Positions 16,974-26,394 of a stretch of DNA of 64,000 nucleotides are shown piece by piece. The notes beneath the pieces are model-generated. The model was not told the DNA's origin, did not search any database, and saw nothing but the letters and a program-made list of their open reading frames with translations. The translations under genes were made by a program, and so were the position numbers. This DNA comes from Candidatus Parcubacteria bacterium (GTDB lineage Bacteria > Patescibacteriota > Minisyncoccia > Phycocordibacterales > JAACPR01): positions 12,642-76,641 of the forward strand of contig JBEBBG010000015.1 of assembly GCA_041158505.1 (NCBI GenBank). Reading direction: 5' to 3'. Numbering within the stretch: the first letter of the stretch is position 1; each line of letters starts with the position of its first letter.

Positions 16974-19460
16974 ATGAAACGCTGGCAAACGTTGTATAAT
17001 GCAATACTAAGCTACCTTGATTACGCACTTGAGCGCGTAGACCGTTTCGTTGCTTGGGGTGGCGAGCACACAGAACGCATGATTTCTCTCCTAAAAAAGC
17101 AGGGCCTAAAGAAGCTTATTGCGATTGCCGTTATTGTTCTCTTTCTTTGTGCTGGTGGTTTCATGCTCTGGGTGGCAACCTTTGAACTCCCCACCCTCGA
17201 CAACTTTGACGAGCGCCGCATTGCTCAATCAACAAAAATCTACGACCGAACAGGTGATGTCATTTTGTTTGATGTGCACGGCGAGGTAACTCGAACGGTG
17301 GTTCGACTTGATCAGATTGCCGACCACGTAAAATGGGCAACTATCGCAATTGAAGATGCAAATTTTTACAACCACGGCGGCATTGAACCAAAAGCAATCC
17401 TGCGAGCGATTCTCGTGAACCTTAAAAACGGTGATTTGCTTGGCGGACAAGGTGGTTCAACCATTACCCAGCAGGTTATTAAAAATGCGCTCCTCACTAC
17501 CGACAAAAAAATCTCTCGAAAAGTAAAAGAGTGGGTGCTTGCGCCACGACTCGAAAACCTCCTTACAAAGGACCAGATTCTTGAAGTCTACCTCAACGAA
17601 GTACCATACGGTGGTACCGTATACGGCGTACAGGAGGCGTCTCGACGGTTTTTTGGTAAAGATGCAAAAGATCTCACCCTTGCTGAATCAGCCTACCTTG
17701 CTGCCCTTCCCCAAGCACCAAGCCGCTACTCTCCATACGGAAACAACTTAGACCTTCTCGAAGCCCGAAAGAACCGCGTCCTCGACGAAATGGTAAAAAA
17801 TGACTTCATCACTGAAGAAGAGCGTGATACGGCAAAAGCAGAGCAAGTAACCTTCCAAAAACCAGAAAACTTTGGCATCAAGGCACCTCACTTTGTTTTT
17901 TGGATTAGAGAGCAGCTTGAAGAAAAATATGGAACCGAAGCAGTAGAGGCGGGTGGTCTCAAAGTTGTTACCACACTCGATTGGAAGCTACAGGAAGCGT
18001 CTGAAGAAATTGTAAAGCGGTACGCGCTACAAAACGCGACCCAGTTTAACGCAGAAAATGCCGCAGCAGTTATCATCGATCCAGCAACCGGCCAGGTCTT
18101 AACAATGGTTGGCTCTCGAGATTACTTTGATGAAGAAATTGATGGGAACTTCAATATTGCAACAGCTGAGCGTCAGCCAGGTTCGGCGTTCAAACCATTT
18201 GTATACGCAGAGGCTTTCAATAAAGGATACCGACCAGAAACCGTTGTCTTTGACGTCCCAACAGAATTCTCTGCAACTTGTAGCATTGGCGGCGACTGTT
18301 ACAGTCCACAAAATTACGACAACGTTTTTCGTGGACCAATGACACTGCGCGACGCCCTCGCACAATCAGTAAACATCCCAGCAGTAAAAGCGCTCTACCT
18401 TGCAGGTCTGCGAGACTCTCTTGAGCTCGCACGCAGCATGGGTATCTCAACACTCACCAACGTGAATCAGTATGGACTAACACTCGTGCTCGGAGGTGGA
18501 GAGGTTCGCCCACTCGACATGGCTGCGGCGTACAGTGTTTTTGCAACTGAAGGAGTAAAGCACCCAACCACCGGCATCCTCCGTGTTGAAGACAAAGACG
18601 GTGAGGTTCTCGAGGAATACAAAGAGGAATCTGAACGTGTTCTCCCAGAGCAAACCGCCCGACTCATCTCAGACGTACTGTCAGACAACGCTGCCCGAAC
18701 ACCAGCGTTTGGTTCAAGCTCATACCTCAACATCCCAGGTGCCGCAGTAGCCGTAAAAACAGGTACCACAAACGATTACCGTGACGCATGGATTGTGGGA
18801 TATACCCCAACCGTATCAGTTGCCTCATGGGCAGGAAACAACAATAACGAATCGATGGAGAAAAAGGTTGCCGGCTTTATCGTCGCACCGATGTGGAACG
18901 AGATCATGAGAAAAGCAATTGAGCTCTACCCAGCAAACGGTTTCACCCCACCAGCACCAATGGCAGAGGACACCAAACCTGCGATTGCCGGTTTTTGGAA
19001 TACTCCATCTGGAGTTCACTCAATTCTTCATTGGGTAGACCGAAGCAATCCTCTCGGCGGCATTCCTTCAAACCCATCAAGCGATCCACAGTACCAACTC
19101 TGGGAAGCAGGTGTGCAAGCATGGGTTGGTGGTCAGGGTATTCCAGGTTTTGGAGAAGACGTTGATGAAGACGGCAACCCTCGCATATCGTTCGAAATCA
19201 CAAACCCAGGAAACGGAGATTCTTTCGTTGGGAACACAACCATTTACGTTGCAGCAGTTATGCGCGGAGGCCAAATTGCGAACGGCGAAGTATTCATTAA
19301 CGACAACCGCGCAGGTTCACTCGATACCACCTCTGGTTCATTCTCGTTTGTTCCAAACGACACCGAAGGAATTCGTCGAAACAACAACGAGTTGCGCGTA
19401 GTTGTAACAGATACAACAGGAAAAACCCACGAAGATTCTGTTCGGTTTGGAGTTCGATAA
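16974..19460 (+). CDS. Class A penicillin-binding protein (transglycosylase + transpeptidase, C-terminal Ig-like domain)
   Basis: IED.NFY.HGG, GGSTITQQ, RKVKE, YLN, GSAFKP (SxxK), S.N, KTGT. Confidence 0.95.
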   Translation: MKRWQTLYNAILSYLDYALERVDRFVAWGGEHTERMISLLKKQGLKKLIAIAVIVLFLCAGGFMLWVATFELPTLDNFDERRIAQSTKIYDRTGDVILFDVHGEVTRTVVRLDQIADHVKWATIAIEDANFYNHGGIEPKAILRAILVNLKNGDLLGGQGGSTITQQVIKNALLTTDKKISRKVKEWVLAPRLENLLTKDQILEVYLNEVPYGGTVYGVQEASRRFFGKDAKDLTLAESAYLAALPQAPSRYSPYGNNLDLLEARKNRVLDEMVKNDFITEEERDTAKAEQVTFQKPENFGIKAPHFVFWIREQLEEKYGTEAVEAGGLKVVTTLDWKLQEASEEIVKRYALQNATQFNAENAAAVIIDPATGQVLTMVGSRDYFDEEIDGNFNIATAERQPGSAFKPFVYAEAFNKGYRPETVVFDVPTEFSATCSIGGDCYSPQNYDNVFRGPMTLRDALAQSVNIPAVKALYLAGLRDSLELARSMGISTLTNVNQYGLTLVLGGGEVRPLDMAAAYSVFATEGVKHPTTGILRVEDKDGEVLEEYKEESERVLPEQTARLISDVLSDNAARTPAFGSSSYLNIPGAAVAVKTGTTNDYRDAWIVGYTPTVSVASWAGNNNNESMEKKVAGFIVAPMWNEIMRKAIELYPANGFTPPAPMAEDTKPAIAGFWNTPSGVHSILHWVDRSNPLGGIPSNPSSDPQYQLWEAGVQAWVGGQGIPGFGEDVDEDGNPRISFEITNPGNGDSFVGNTTIYVAAVMRGGQIANGEVFINDNRAGSLDTTSGSFSFVPNDTEGIRRNNNELRVVVTDTTGKTHEDSVRFGVR

Positions 19461-19464
19461 AACC

Positions 19465-19704
19465 CTAGAGCACCCGCAAAATCTCCGCGAATCGCTCCTC
19501 AATCTCTTTGCGACGTATAAAAATTTCAGCCTTTGCACTACCACTAACACGAACGCGCAAAACCCCGTTCTCTATAGAAATTTCTTTTTCACCAACAGTA
19601 ACTCCGCAAACATCTTCAATTGCCTGCCGAACACTCTTTGACAGTTCACGCTCTTTAAGCCCAAAATGTTCGAACTTCCTTAGGTAAACTTCAATGCTCT
19701 GCAT
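19465..19704 (-). CDS. Small protein directly downstream of dnaN, DciA/DUF721-like
   Basis: 79 aa, 2 nt after the dnaN stop; ISIENGVLRVRVSGSAKAEIF..RKEI resembles the DciA KH-like core. Confidence 0.5.
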   Translation of the reverse strand: MQSIEVYLRKFEHFGLKERELSKSVRQAIEDVCGVTVGEKEISIENGVLRVRVSGSAKAEIFIRRKEIEERFAEILRVL

Positions 19705-19706
19705 TA

Positions 19707-20807
19707 CTACTTATTGAGCGGCATTACGAGGTACAAGAATGTTGGGTCGTTCACCCCACGAATAACAACTGGTTTGGTACGACCATTAAACATCAAAACA
19801 ATACTGTCTGAGTTAATAGAACCAAACGCATCGCTCACGTACTTGTGATTAAAACTAATCTCCACGGCCTCTCCGCGCAGTGTTGCATCGACAACATTTC
19901 TGTTCTCACCCTTGTCGACATTTTTCGACGTGAGCTCAAAAACACCGTCATCCGGTCGAATAGACACAGTGACCTGATTAAAGCTGTCTGAGAAGAGATT
20001 TGAGAGTTTTAGGGCCTGTACAAGATCCTGTTTGAGCACCGTAACCTCTGTCGTGTTGTCTTTTGGAATAATCTGCTGATAGTCAGGAAAGTTTCCGTCC
20101 ACAATCCTGGTCATAAGGTACACTCCGTCGTGAACAAATGCCACCTGACCACTCTCGAAACGAACCTCGATGTCTGCCTGTACATCATCAAAAACTCGAA
20201 TGATTTCAGCGACGTTTCGATGAGGAATAAGGACACTTTCGAACTGGTCAACCTCCCTCGCTTCAATTCGCTTCTCAGCAAGTCGAAACGAGTCCGTAGC
20301 AACAAACATCAGGTTTCCATCCTTTGGGTATAAGTACACACTCGAAAGCTCTGGTTTCATACTTGAAACCGAAGCACTGTACCAAACCGACTTGAGACCA
20401 TGGATGAGCATTGGGGCAGATATTTTGCAGGTATGCACATTCTCAAGTTGTGGGATTGTTGGAAAATCTTCGTGAGAAAGAGCTTTGATTGTTGTTTCGT
20501 TGTGGCTTGAGGTAATAGTGAGGTTTTGATTTTGAACCTCAAGCGTGATGGTTTCGTGATCAGAAACGTTTGACAGAAATTGAACAAAAAGACCACCAGG
20601 AACCGCAACGACTCCTTCCCGTTCTACCTTTACGGGTACAGACGCTTCAAGACCTAGATCAAGGTTTGTCGCCTTAATATGAAGCTTTGAACCTTTCGCC
20701 TCTAGTAGTACACATGCCAACACTGGCAACGTGGCGTTTTTGCTCGTGATACGATCCGCCTTACTTACCATCGACTGCACTTTTTCCTTCGAGCAAACAA
20801 TCTTCAT
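19707..20807 (-). CDS. dnaN: DNA polymerase III beta clamp
   Basis: LPVL..VLL, ATNLD, ATDSFRLA, GNFPDY, FN.KY, YLVMP. Confidence 0.97.
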   Translation of the reverse strand: MKIVCSKEKVQSMVSKADRITSKNATLPVLACVLLEAKGSKLHIKATNLDLGLEASVPVKVEREGVVAVPGGLFVQFLSNVSDHETITLEVQNQNLTITSSHNETTIKALSHEDFPTIPQLENVHTCKISAPMLIHGLKSVWYSASVSSMKPELSSVYLYPKDGNLMFVATDSFRLAEKRIEAREVDQFESVLIPHRNVAEIIRVFDDVQADIEVRFESGQVAFVHDGVYLMTRIVDGNFPDYQQIIPKDNTTEVTVLKQDLVQALKLSNLFSDSFNQVTVSIRPDDGVFELTSKNVDKGENRNVVDATLRGEAVEISFNHKYVSDAFGSINSDSIVLMFNGRTKPVVIRGVNDPTFLYLVMPLNK

Positions 20808-21077
20808 ACCTGTTGATAATTAATCTTTTAAACCCAACTACTGTCTCTATTAGGACTGTGGATATGTGTATAACCTGCGGATAGTGTTATTTTACAAGCT
20901 TATTTTGTCCCCACCGAACTGCGTTTGTGTGGGGATAGTTTTGAACTTGTTTGGGATAACGAGCAGTATCCTCTAGCTTACCTACATTTATCCAGTTCTC
21001 AAGCAACCGATTTCCCCTAGTAATCCACAAATATCCCCAATACTTTGCCCTAAAATCAACAACTTATCCACATCTTA
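20808..21077. promoter_or_regulatory. Replication origin oriC (dnaA-dnaN intergenic)
   Basis: DnaA boxes TGTGGATAT 20857, TGTGTATAA 20865, TGCGGATAG 20876, TTGGGATAA 20951, TAATCCACA 21021, TTATCCACA 21064; AT-rich stretch next to dnaN; codon third-position bias flips across this gap. Confidence 0.88.
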
Positions 21078-22436
21078 TTAGAGCATTGCCCTAATCTGAT
21101 TAAGCTGCTGGTTGAGAAGCTGGTCGTTTTTGAGGTCGTTTTTCATCTTTTCACAAGAGTGAATAACGGTTGTGTGGTCCCTTCCCCCAAGCTTCTCTCC
21201 AATTGTTGGGTATGAGGTATTGAAATCCTCACGGAGGATGTACATGGTTATTTGTCGTGGTCGAACTACCTCCTTTCGGCGTGTTTTGTCGCAAATGTCG
21301 TCTGGGTTAATGTTGTAGAAGTCTGCAACGATTTTAATGAGGTCTTTAATTGAGACCATTTTCTTTGGTTTTGCACTGTTTTTAATGAGGTCTTTAACAT
21401 CATTAAGGTTTAGTTCACGGTTTTTAAGCTGGGATTGGCACGCGATAGAGTTAATAACGCCCTCAAGCTCACGGATGTTTCCTTCAATGCTCGTTGCTAG
21501 GTACTCAAGGATGTCGTTTGAAAGAACGATGTTATTTTGAGCCATTTTTGCATTTAAAATCGCGATACGAGACTCTGTGTCTGGTTTTGGAATGTCCACG
21601 ATCATACCCTGGTTGAAGCGTGACTTAAGCCTGTCTTCAAGGCCTGGAATGTATGACGGGTGCTTATCTGAAGAGAAAACAATCTGCTTGTTGTTGTCGT
21701 AGAGGGTGTTGAAAAGGTGGAAGAGCTCTTCTTGGGTTTTATCTTTATCTGAAAGAAACTGGATATCATCCATGATTAAAACGTCGTATTTTCGGTACTT
21801 TTCTTTAAATGCGAGCCCTTTGTTTTGTTGAATAGCGGCAATGTACTCAGAGGTAAATTTCTCTGAGGTTAGATAAAAAACCTTTTTTGATCGATCTTGC
21901 TCTTTGATTTTATTACCAATTGCTTGAATGAGGTGTGTTTTGCCGTGACCGGTGCTTCCGTATATGAAAAGTGGGTTGTATACGATTCCTGGCTGCTTAA
22001 TGATCGCCTGTGCGGCAGCGTGTGCAAGTTCGTTGAAAGAGCCAATAATAAAGGTTTCAAAGGTGTACCGAGGGTTGAGGTTGTCGTCCTTGTTGATGTA
22101 GTAGTCTGACAAAGGAAGCTCTCCCCCATCACGATTTTCTCGTTTGATTGGTTTTGGTTTCTGGTTGCGCGCCTTCTCGATGTTTGCAACAACAAATTCA
22201 ACAGCTCGAATGTCGTCGGTTTGATCGCGAAGTGTTTTAAGGATGGTTTTACCGTATTTGTTGAAAAGCCAGTCTTTTACAAAGGTGTTTGGAACACCAA
22301 CAATTGCTACACCATCATCAATTTTGACTACAAAAGTGTCTTTAAACCAGGTTGCAAAGTTTGCTTTAGATACAGTTACCTCAATAGATGCGAGTGCATT
22401 CTCCCAAAGTGTTTTGCTGTCTAAGGTAACTGACAT
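21078..22436 (-). CDS. dnaA: Chromosomal replication initiator DnaA
   Basis: F.TWF, LNPRYTFETF, YNPLFIYG.TGHGKTHL, DDIQF, QEELFH.FN, RLKSRF, NIRELEG, GGRDHTTV. Confidence 0.98.
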   Translation of the reverse strand: MSVTLDSKTLWENALASIEVTVSKANFATWFKDTFVVKIDDGVAIVGVPNTFVKDWLFNKYGKTILKTLRDQTDDIRAVEFVVANIEKARNQKPKPIKRENRDGGELPLSDYYINKDDNLNPRYTFETFIIGSFNELAHAAAQAIIKQPGIVYNPLFIYGSTGHGKTHLIQAIGNKIKEQDRSKKVFYLTSEKFTSEYIAAIQQNKGLAFKEKYRKYDVLIMDDIQFLSDKDKTQEELFHLFNTLYDNNKQIVFSSDKHPSYIPGLEDRLKSRFNQGMIVDIPKPDTESRIAILNAKMAQNNIVLSNDILEYLATSIEGNIRELEGVINSIACQSQLKNRELNLNDVKDLIKNSAKPKKMVSIKDLIKIVADFYNINPDDICDKTRRKEVVRPRQITMYILREDFNTSYPTIGEKLGGRDHTTVIHSCEKMKNDLKNDQLLNQQLNQIRAML

Positions 22437-22549
22437 ACGTTGCAACGGTAAACGTGTGCCTATTATATACTCGAGCGCCAACTGGGAAACTTGTTAAAAA
22501 AACTAGTTTATGTTAAAACGATGTTCACGAGACGAAATAAGTAACGCAT

Positions 22550-22702
22550 ATGTCTGTAACATACAAACCAAAGCGACGAAAGCGAGCAAAGACCCACGGG
22601 TTCTTGGTTCGCTCACGAACCCCAGGAGGAAAGCGAGTACTCGCTCGACGCCGACAAAAGGGGCGAGCAAAGCTCACCGTGTCTCGAAAACGAGCGTCAT
22701 AA
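22550..22702 (+). CDS. rpmH: 50S ribosomal protein L34 (not in the ORF track)
   Basis: [50 protein letters not shown]; canonical position divergent from dnaA and before rnpA. Confidence 0.96.
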   Translation: MSVTYKPKRRKRAKTHGFLVRSRTPGGKRVLARRRQKGRAKLTVSRKRAS

Positions 22703-22703
22703 T

Positions 22704-22745
22704 AAAGGCAAAAACCGCGCTTGGCGCGGTTTTTGCCTTTTTCTT
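22704..22745 (+). terminator. Terminator/attenuator hairpin between rpmH and rnpA
   Basis: Perfect 17-bp stem AAAGGCAAAAACCGCGC-TTG-GCGCGGTTTTTGCCTTT plus T tail. Confidence 0.75.
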
Positions 22746-22757
22746 AACTCCACCACT

Positions 22758-23099
22758 ATGCTGAGAAAGAAAGACAGACTCACCACAGAATCTTTTACTG
22801 CTGTTATTGCATCAGGAAAAACATATAGGGTTCCCACGGGCTATCTTAAAGTTATTCCTGGGGATGTATCAGCTTTTGCAATCGCTGTACCTAAAAAGGT
22901 GGTAAAGTCGGCAGTTCGAAGACATCTCATAAAACGACGCGTTTTTAGTGCGTTGCGACCCATTGCTGGTCAGTTCCCTGTGGGACACTATGTGTTTTTT
23001 GTAACTTCAGAGAGTGCTGCTTTTTCGGTCGATGCTTTTACAGAGATGCTGACAGAACTTGCAAAAACGGTTGCCACAAGCCTCCAAAGTCGCCTATAA
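22758..23099 (+). CDS. rnpA: Ribonuclease P protein component
   Basis: ML.KK.RL, FAIAVPKKVVKSAVRRHLIKRR (RNR-like motif), synteny with rpmH. Confidence 0.88.
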   Translation: MLRKKDRLTTESFTAVIASGKTYRVPTGYLKVIPGDVSAFAIAVPKKVVKSAVRRHLIKRRVFSALRPIAGQFPVGHYVFFVTSESAAFSVDAFTEMLTELAKTVATSLQSRL

Positions 23100-23111
23100 T
23101 GGCAAGACGCC

Positions 23112-23870
23112 ATGAAAGAACTCTTCAACACTATTTTCTTTGAACCTCTCTACAATGCGCTTATTGGGCTCATTGACATTATTCCTGGTGGCGACGTTGG
23201 CTTTGCGGTTATTGTTCTTACCATTCTCGTTAAGTTGATTCTCTTTCCCCTCTCAAAAACATCTGTCCGTACACAGCTTAAAATGCGCCAACTCCAGAAG
23301 CCGCTCGAGGAAATTAAAGAAAAATACAAAGATAATCGTGAGGCCATGGGTCGCGCGATGCTTGATTTGTATAAGGAGCACAAGCTCAACCCTTTTTCTG
23401 GTTTTCTTCTCATTTTGATTCAGATTCCCGTTGTGCTCGCCCTCTACTGGGTAATTCTTAAAGGAGGACTGCCGGTTATTAATGAAACTATTCTCTACTC
23501 TTTCATTCCAAAACCAGAGACGATCAACATGCTCTTCTTGGGAATTTTTCATATTGCTGAAGCAAAAAGCGTCGTGCTTGCGGTACTCGCTGCCCTTACA
23601 CAACACTTGCAAGCCCGCTTCTCATTCCCTAAACCTGAACCTCGCAAAGAGGGGGTAACCCCAACGTTTCAAGATGAGATGATGCGTGGCATGAGCGTCC
23701 AGGTAAAGTGGGTTCTTCCTGTTTTTGTTTTCTTTATTTCATTCGGACTCGCCTCAGTGGTGGCACTCTACTGGACTGTCTCAAACCTATTCATGATTGG
23801 TCAGGAGTTGTATATCCGACGGACAATTAAGAAGCCTGCAGAAGAAGAGTCGCAAGCAGTGAATGCATAA
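23112..23870 (+). CDS. yidC: Membrane protein insertase YidC/Oxa1
   Basis: G.AVI.LTILVKLILFPL, LYKEHKLNP, LIQIP, ALYW.VSN. Confidence 0.93.
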   Translation: MKELFNTIFFEPLYNALIGLIDIIPGGDVGFAVIVLTILVKLILFPLSKTSVRTQLKMRQLQKPLEEIKEKYKDNREAMGRAMLDLYKEHKLNPFSGFLLILIQIPVVLALYWVILKGGLPVINETILYSFIPKPETINMLFLGIFHIAEAKSVVLAVLAALTQHLQARFSFPKPEPRKEGVTPTFQDEMMRGMSVQVKWVLPVFVFFISFGLASVVALYWTVSNLFMIGQELYIRRTIKKPAEEESQAVNA

Positions 23871-23880
23871 GACCCCCTCC

Positions 23881-25200
23881 CTACCTCGTGCCGCGCGCCT
23901 TGGTGATGTCGACACTCCAGAGTGTTAGATCCTTTTTATTTACAAAGAGAATAAACTCATCACGAGGGCTGACCGTGATTTTGGTGATGTCGAAGCTTTG
24001 TGGAACCTCTTCTTTGTTGATAAGGAGGGCTTCGTATGATTCGTCTTTCAAGTTGACCTTCCAAAGGTTGTCGGCAAACGTGCTTACCCCTTGGTACCAC
24101 GTTTCTGGGTACGCGACGCGCTCCGGTTGATCTGTTGCCCCACAAAAGACTACGTCGGCACTTGTTTGGCTAAAGGTACATTTTTCAGGAAGTGTTTTAA
24201 TACCGAGCCGCTTTGATTGTCCGTTCGTTATGTTGTATGCGTAGAGCTCCAAATCGTTGCTACGTGCAATTGAATACAGCATCCAGGTCTTTCCTGGGTT
24301 TGTGAGTGTTGTGAGCCCTGGTGTGTCTCCAAGGAGCTTCTGGAGGCTCTGGTTGGCACCAATGAGGTAGGCAAAGCCGTTTTCACGAGAATCTGCCTTT
24401 GTTGTGATGATACGGTCAGTGTTGTTTACCTGCTGCACAATCCACTGTGTAAAAGGAGATTCATGCAAAATACGCTTTGCTTGGTCTTTGAGGTCGGCCG
24501 CGATAATAGTGCTGCCCCCTGCACTGTTCTCAAGTACGTAGCTGATGTTTGTTGCCCCAATATCTGCAGACACAACGTTGCGTGGAAGGTATACCCCTTC
24601 AAGTGAGTAGCCGTCCGCAATAATTTGGAAGGTGTCTGGCGATGTCGTGCTCTTGCTTGTTACTTTACCAATGAGTGTTTCAACGGTTTCTTCATCTTCT
24701 GCAACATACTGGACGAGCGCGTGTGTTCCGTCTGGACTAAATTTTGTGTACGAGACCTTAGGGATGGTGGTGTTAGAAAGACGTGTCTGTGTTAATGAGT
24801 TTTCTCGGGCCTCGTAGAGGTGGCCGGTTGCTCGTTCAATGTATCGAAAGGTTGTGATGGTAAACGCCCGGCTTTCCTCAACACCCTCATCAGAGATGTA
24901 TGTTTCAGAAGATCCTGTTGGGCGTTCAAACGCTACCGCACCAGCTACAGGGACTTGCGATAGTTGTCGAACACGGGGAATGCTCGCTGTTCCTGGTTGC
25001 TGTGTTGTGCTGTTTGGAGTCAGCTCCCCTTCTGCGCCGATGCCATTATTAATATCTACTGGGAAAAAGGATTCACTCCGACCGCTGTCGGTATATGTGC
25101 TTTGTGGCGCATCACCCCGGAAGAAAAAGAGCCATAGTAAAAAACCAATAAAGGCAGCAACAATAACAAAGAGAGACCAACCTAAAATACGTTTTACCAT
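23881..25200 (-). CDS. Membrane-anchored hypothetical protein, probable beta-propeller
   Basis: N-terminal TM, beta-strand-rich body, FSPDG/VSP.D blade-like motifs, LPEKC...C pair. Confidence 0.7.
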   Translation of the reverse strand: MVKRILGWSLFVIVAAFIGFLLWLFFFRGDAPQSTYTDSGRSESFFPVDINNGIGAEGELTPNSTTQQPGTASIPRVRQLSQVPVAGAVAFERPTGSSETYISDEGVEESRAFTITTFRYIERATGHLYEARENSLTQTRLSNTTIPKVSYTKFSPDGTHALVQYVAEDEETVETLIGKVTSKSTTSPDTFQIIADGYSLEGVYLPRNVVSADIGATNISYVLENSAGGSTIIAADLKDQAKRILHESPFTQWIVQQVNNTDRIITTKADSRENGFAYLIGANQSLQKLLGDTPGLTTLTNPGKTWMLYSIARSNDLELYAYNITNGQSKRLGIKTLPEKCTFSQTSADVVFCGATDQPERVAYPETWYQGVSTFADNLWKVNLKDESYEALLINKEEVPQSFDITKITVSPRDEFILFVNKKDLTLWSVDITKARGTR

Positions 25201-25239
25201 ATGGAGTTATTATACCTTTAAAAAAAGTATGTGAGCGGA

Positions 25240-25953
25240 TTAACGAACAGGTCCGATTGGAATACTTCCAAATGGAAGGAGTTCAAGCTGCAGGTTGCCC
25301 GTCGCCCCGCTTGTAAGTTCGAGTTCTCTTCCAACGGCTTCTGAGATGAGGAGCTCGTCATCGGTGCTGCGGTGATCGATTTCTGCGACGACTGATCGCC
25401 CTGTGTTTTTATTTGTAATTCGAACAACCTGTGAGGCAAGGTAGCGATTAGCGATACCTGTATCTGCTATTTCTGGGAAGTTTGCAATACGTGCGCTCGT
25501 GCTGTCTGGGTAAGCGATAAAGTATTCTGCCGCTGGAATCCGGTCACGTACCAATTTGCCGCTTACAAGCCCGACTTCATCATACCCGTGCATTCCTCGG
25601 CTATCTCCTTGTGTGTATGCAACACGCTCCCCTGCTAGATTTGTTGCAAAGTAGTACTGGTTAGAGCCTTCTGTTGCTGCCAAGGTGAGGTCTCCTGTTG
25701 CCGCCGGGTTTTTAATCAAGGCGTACTCGGTTCCTCGCTCAAGTAGTGTCCTAATATCTGATGGGCCACCATAGTAACGAACGGTAATACCGCCAGCCAC
25801 CGTTGGTGTCTCTACAACTTCGCTAAATGCCTCACGTTGCTCCACAAAAGGCTCTGGGGCCGGCGTGGCGTCTCTTAGAAGCATATAGCCGATTGCAGCT
25901 AATCCACCAATGATGCCGGCAATACTTGCGATTATCCAGAAACGTTCATTCAT
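25240..25953 (-). CDS. Membrane-anchored protein with a C-terminal RlpA-like double-psi beta-barrel
   Basis: VVRITNKNTGRSVVAEIDHR...LLISEAVGRELEL parallels RlpA VRVTN..NGRSVVVRINDR...IDLS..AA..L. Confidence 0.6.
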   Translation of the reverse strand: MNERFWIIASIAGIIGGLAAIGYMLLRDATPAPEPFVEQREAFSEVVETPTVAGGITVRYYGGPSDIRTLLERGTEYALIKNPAATGDLTLAATEGSNQYYFATNLAGERVAYTQGDSRGMHGYDEVGLVSGKLVRDRIPAAEYFIAYPDSTSARIANFPEIADTGIANRYLASQVVRITNKNTGRSVVAEIDHRSTDDELLISEAVGRELELTSGATGNLQLELLPFGSIPIGPVR

Positions 25954-25956
25954 ACG

Positions 25957-26394
25957 CTAAAAACCAAGGTCCACAATGAAATCTCCAGGACCTCCCGTTC
26001 CCAAGATGAGGTTGAGGACATAAATACAAACAAGGGCTATAGCGAGACCGCCAAGTGCTGCTGTAATTCTGTCTTTTCCTTCTGATTTACCAAACAACGA
26101 CTCGGTTCCCATATATTGAACTCCTCCAACTACAAGCATGATGACCGCAAGAATAATGGTAATACTGACAAGCCATTTGAAAAGCTGAGCCAGCATCTGT
26201 GGCAGCGAACCCCCAAAGTTGACACCGCTAATTGACTGGTACCCACCTCCCCCTTGAATGTTCTGTTGCTCAGGGCTGACAGGCGCTTCTTGTGCATGAA
26301 GCACCGCAACTCCTTGCACAAAGAGCAATGATGCAACACAAAACGCGGTCACTCCTTTTTTAAAATACGGTAACATTGCCTGTTTGAAGTTCAT
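25957..26394 (-). CDS. Pilin-like protein (TrbC/VirB2-like CPR pilin)
   Basis: Signal ending in AQ, two hydrophobic helices linked by GGVQYM......GKDRI..AL.GL. Confidence 0.75.
   Translation of the reverse strand: MNFKQAMLPYFKKGVTAFCVASLLFVQGVAVLHAQEAPVSPEQQNIQGGGGYQSISGVNFGGSLPQMLAQLFKWLVSITIILAVIMLVVGGVQYMGTESLFGKSEGKDRITAALGGLAIALVCIYVLNLILGTGGPGDFIVDLGF

Noticed and set aside
22491-22518. TTATGTTAAAA resembling the XerD arm of dif
   Set aside because: No XerC-like left arm. It sits at the origin in the dnaA/rpmH promoter region, where AT-rich promoter elements explain it.
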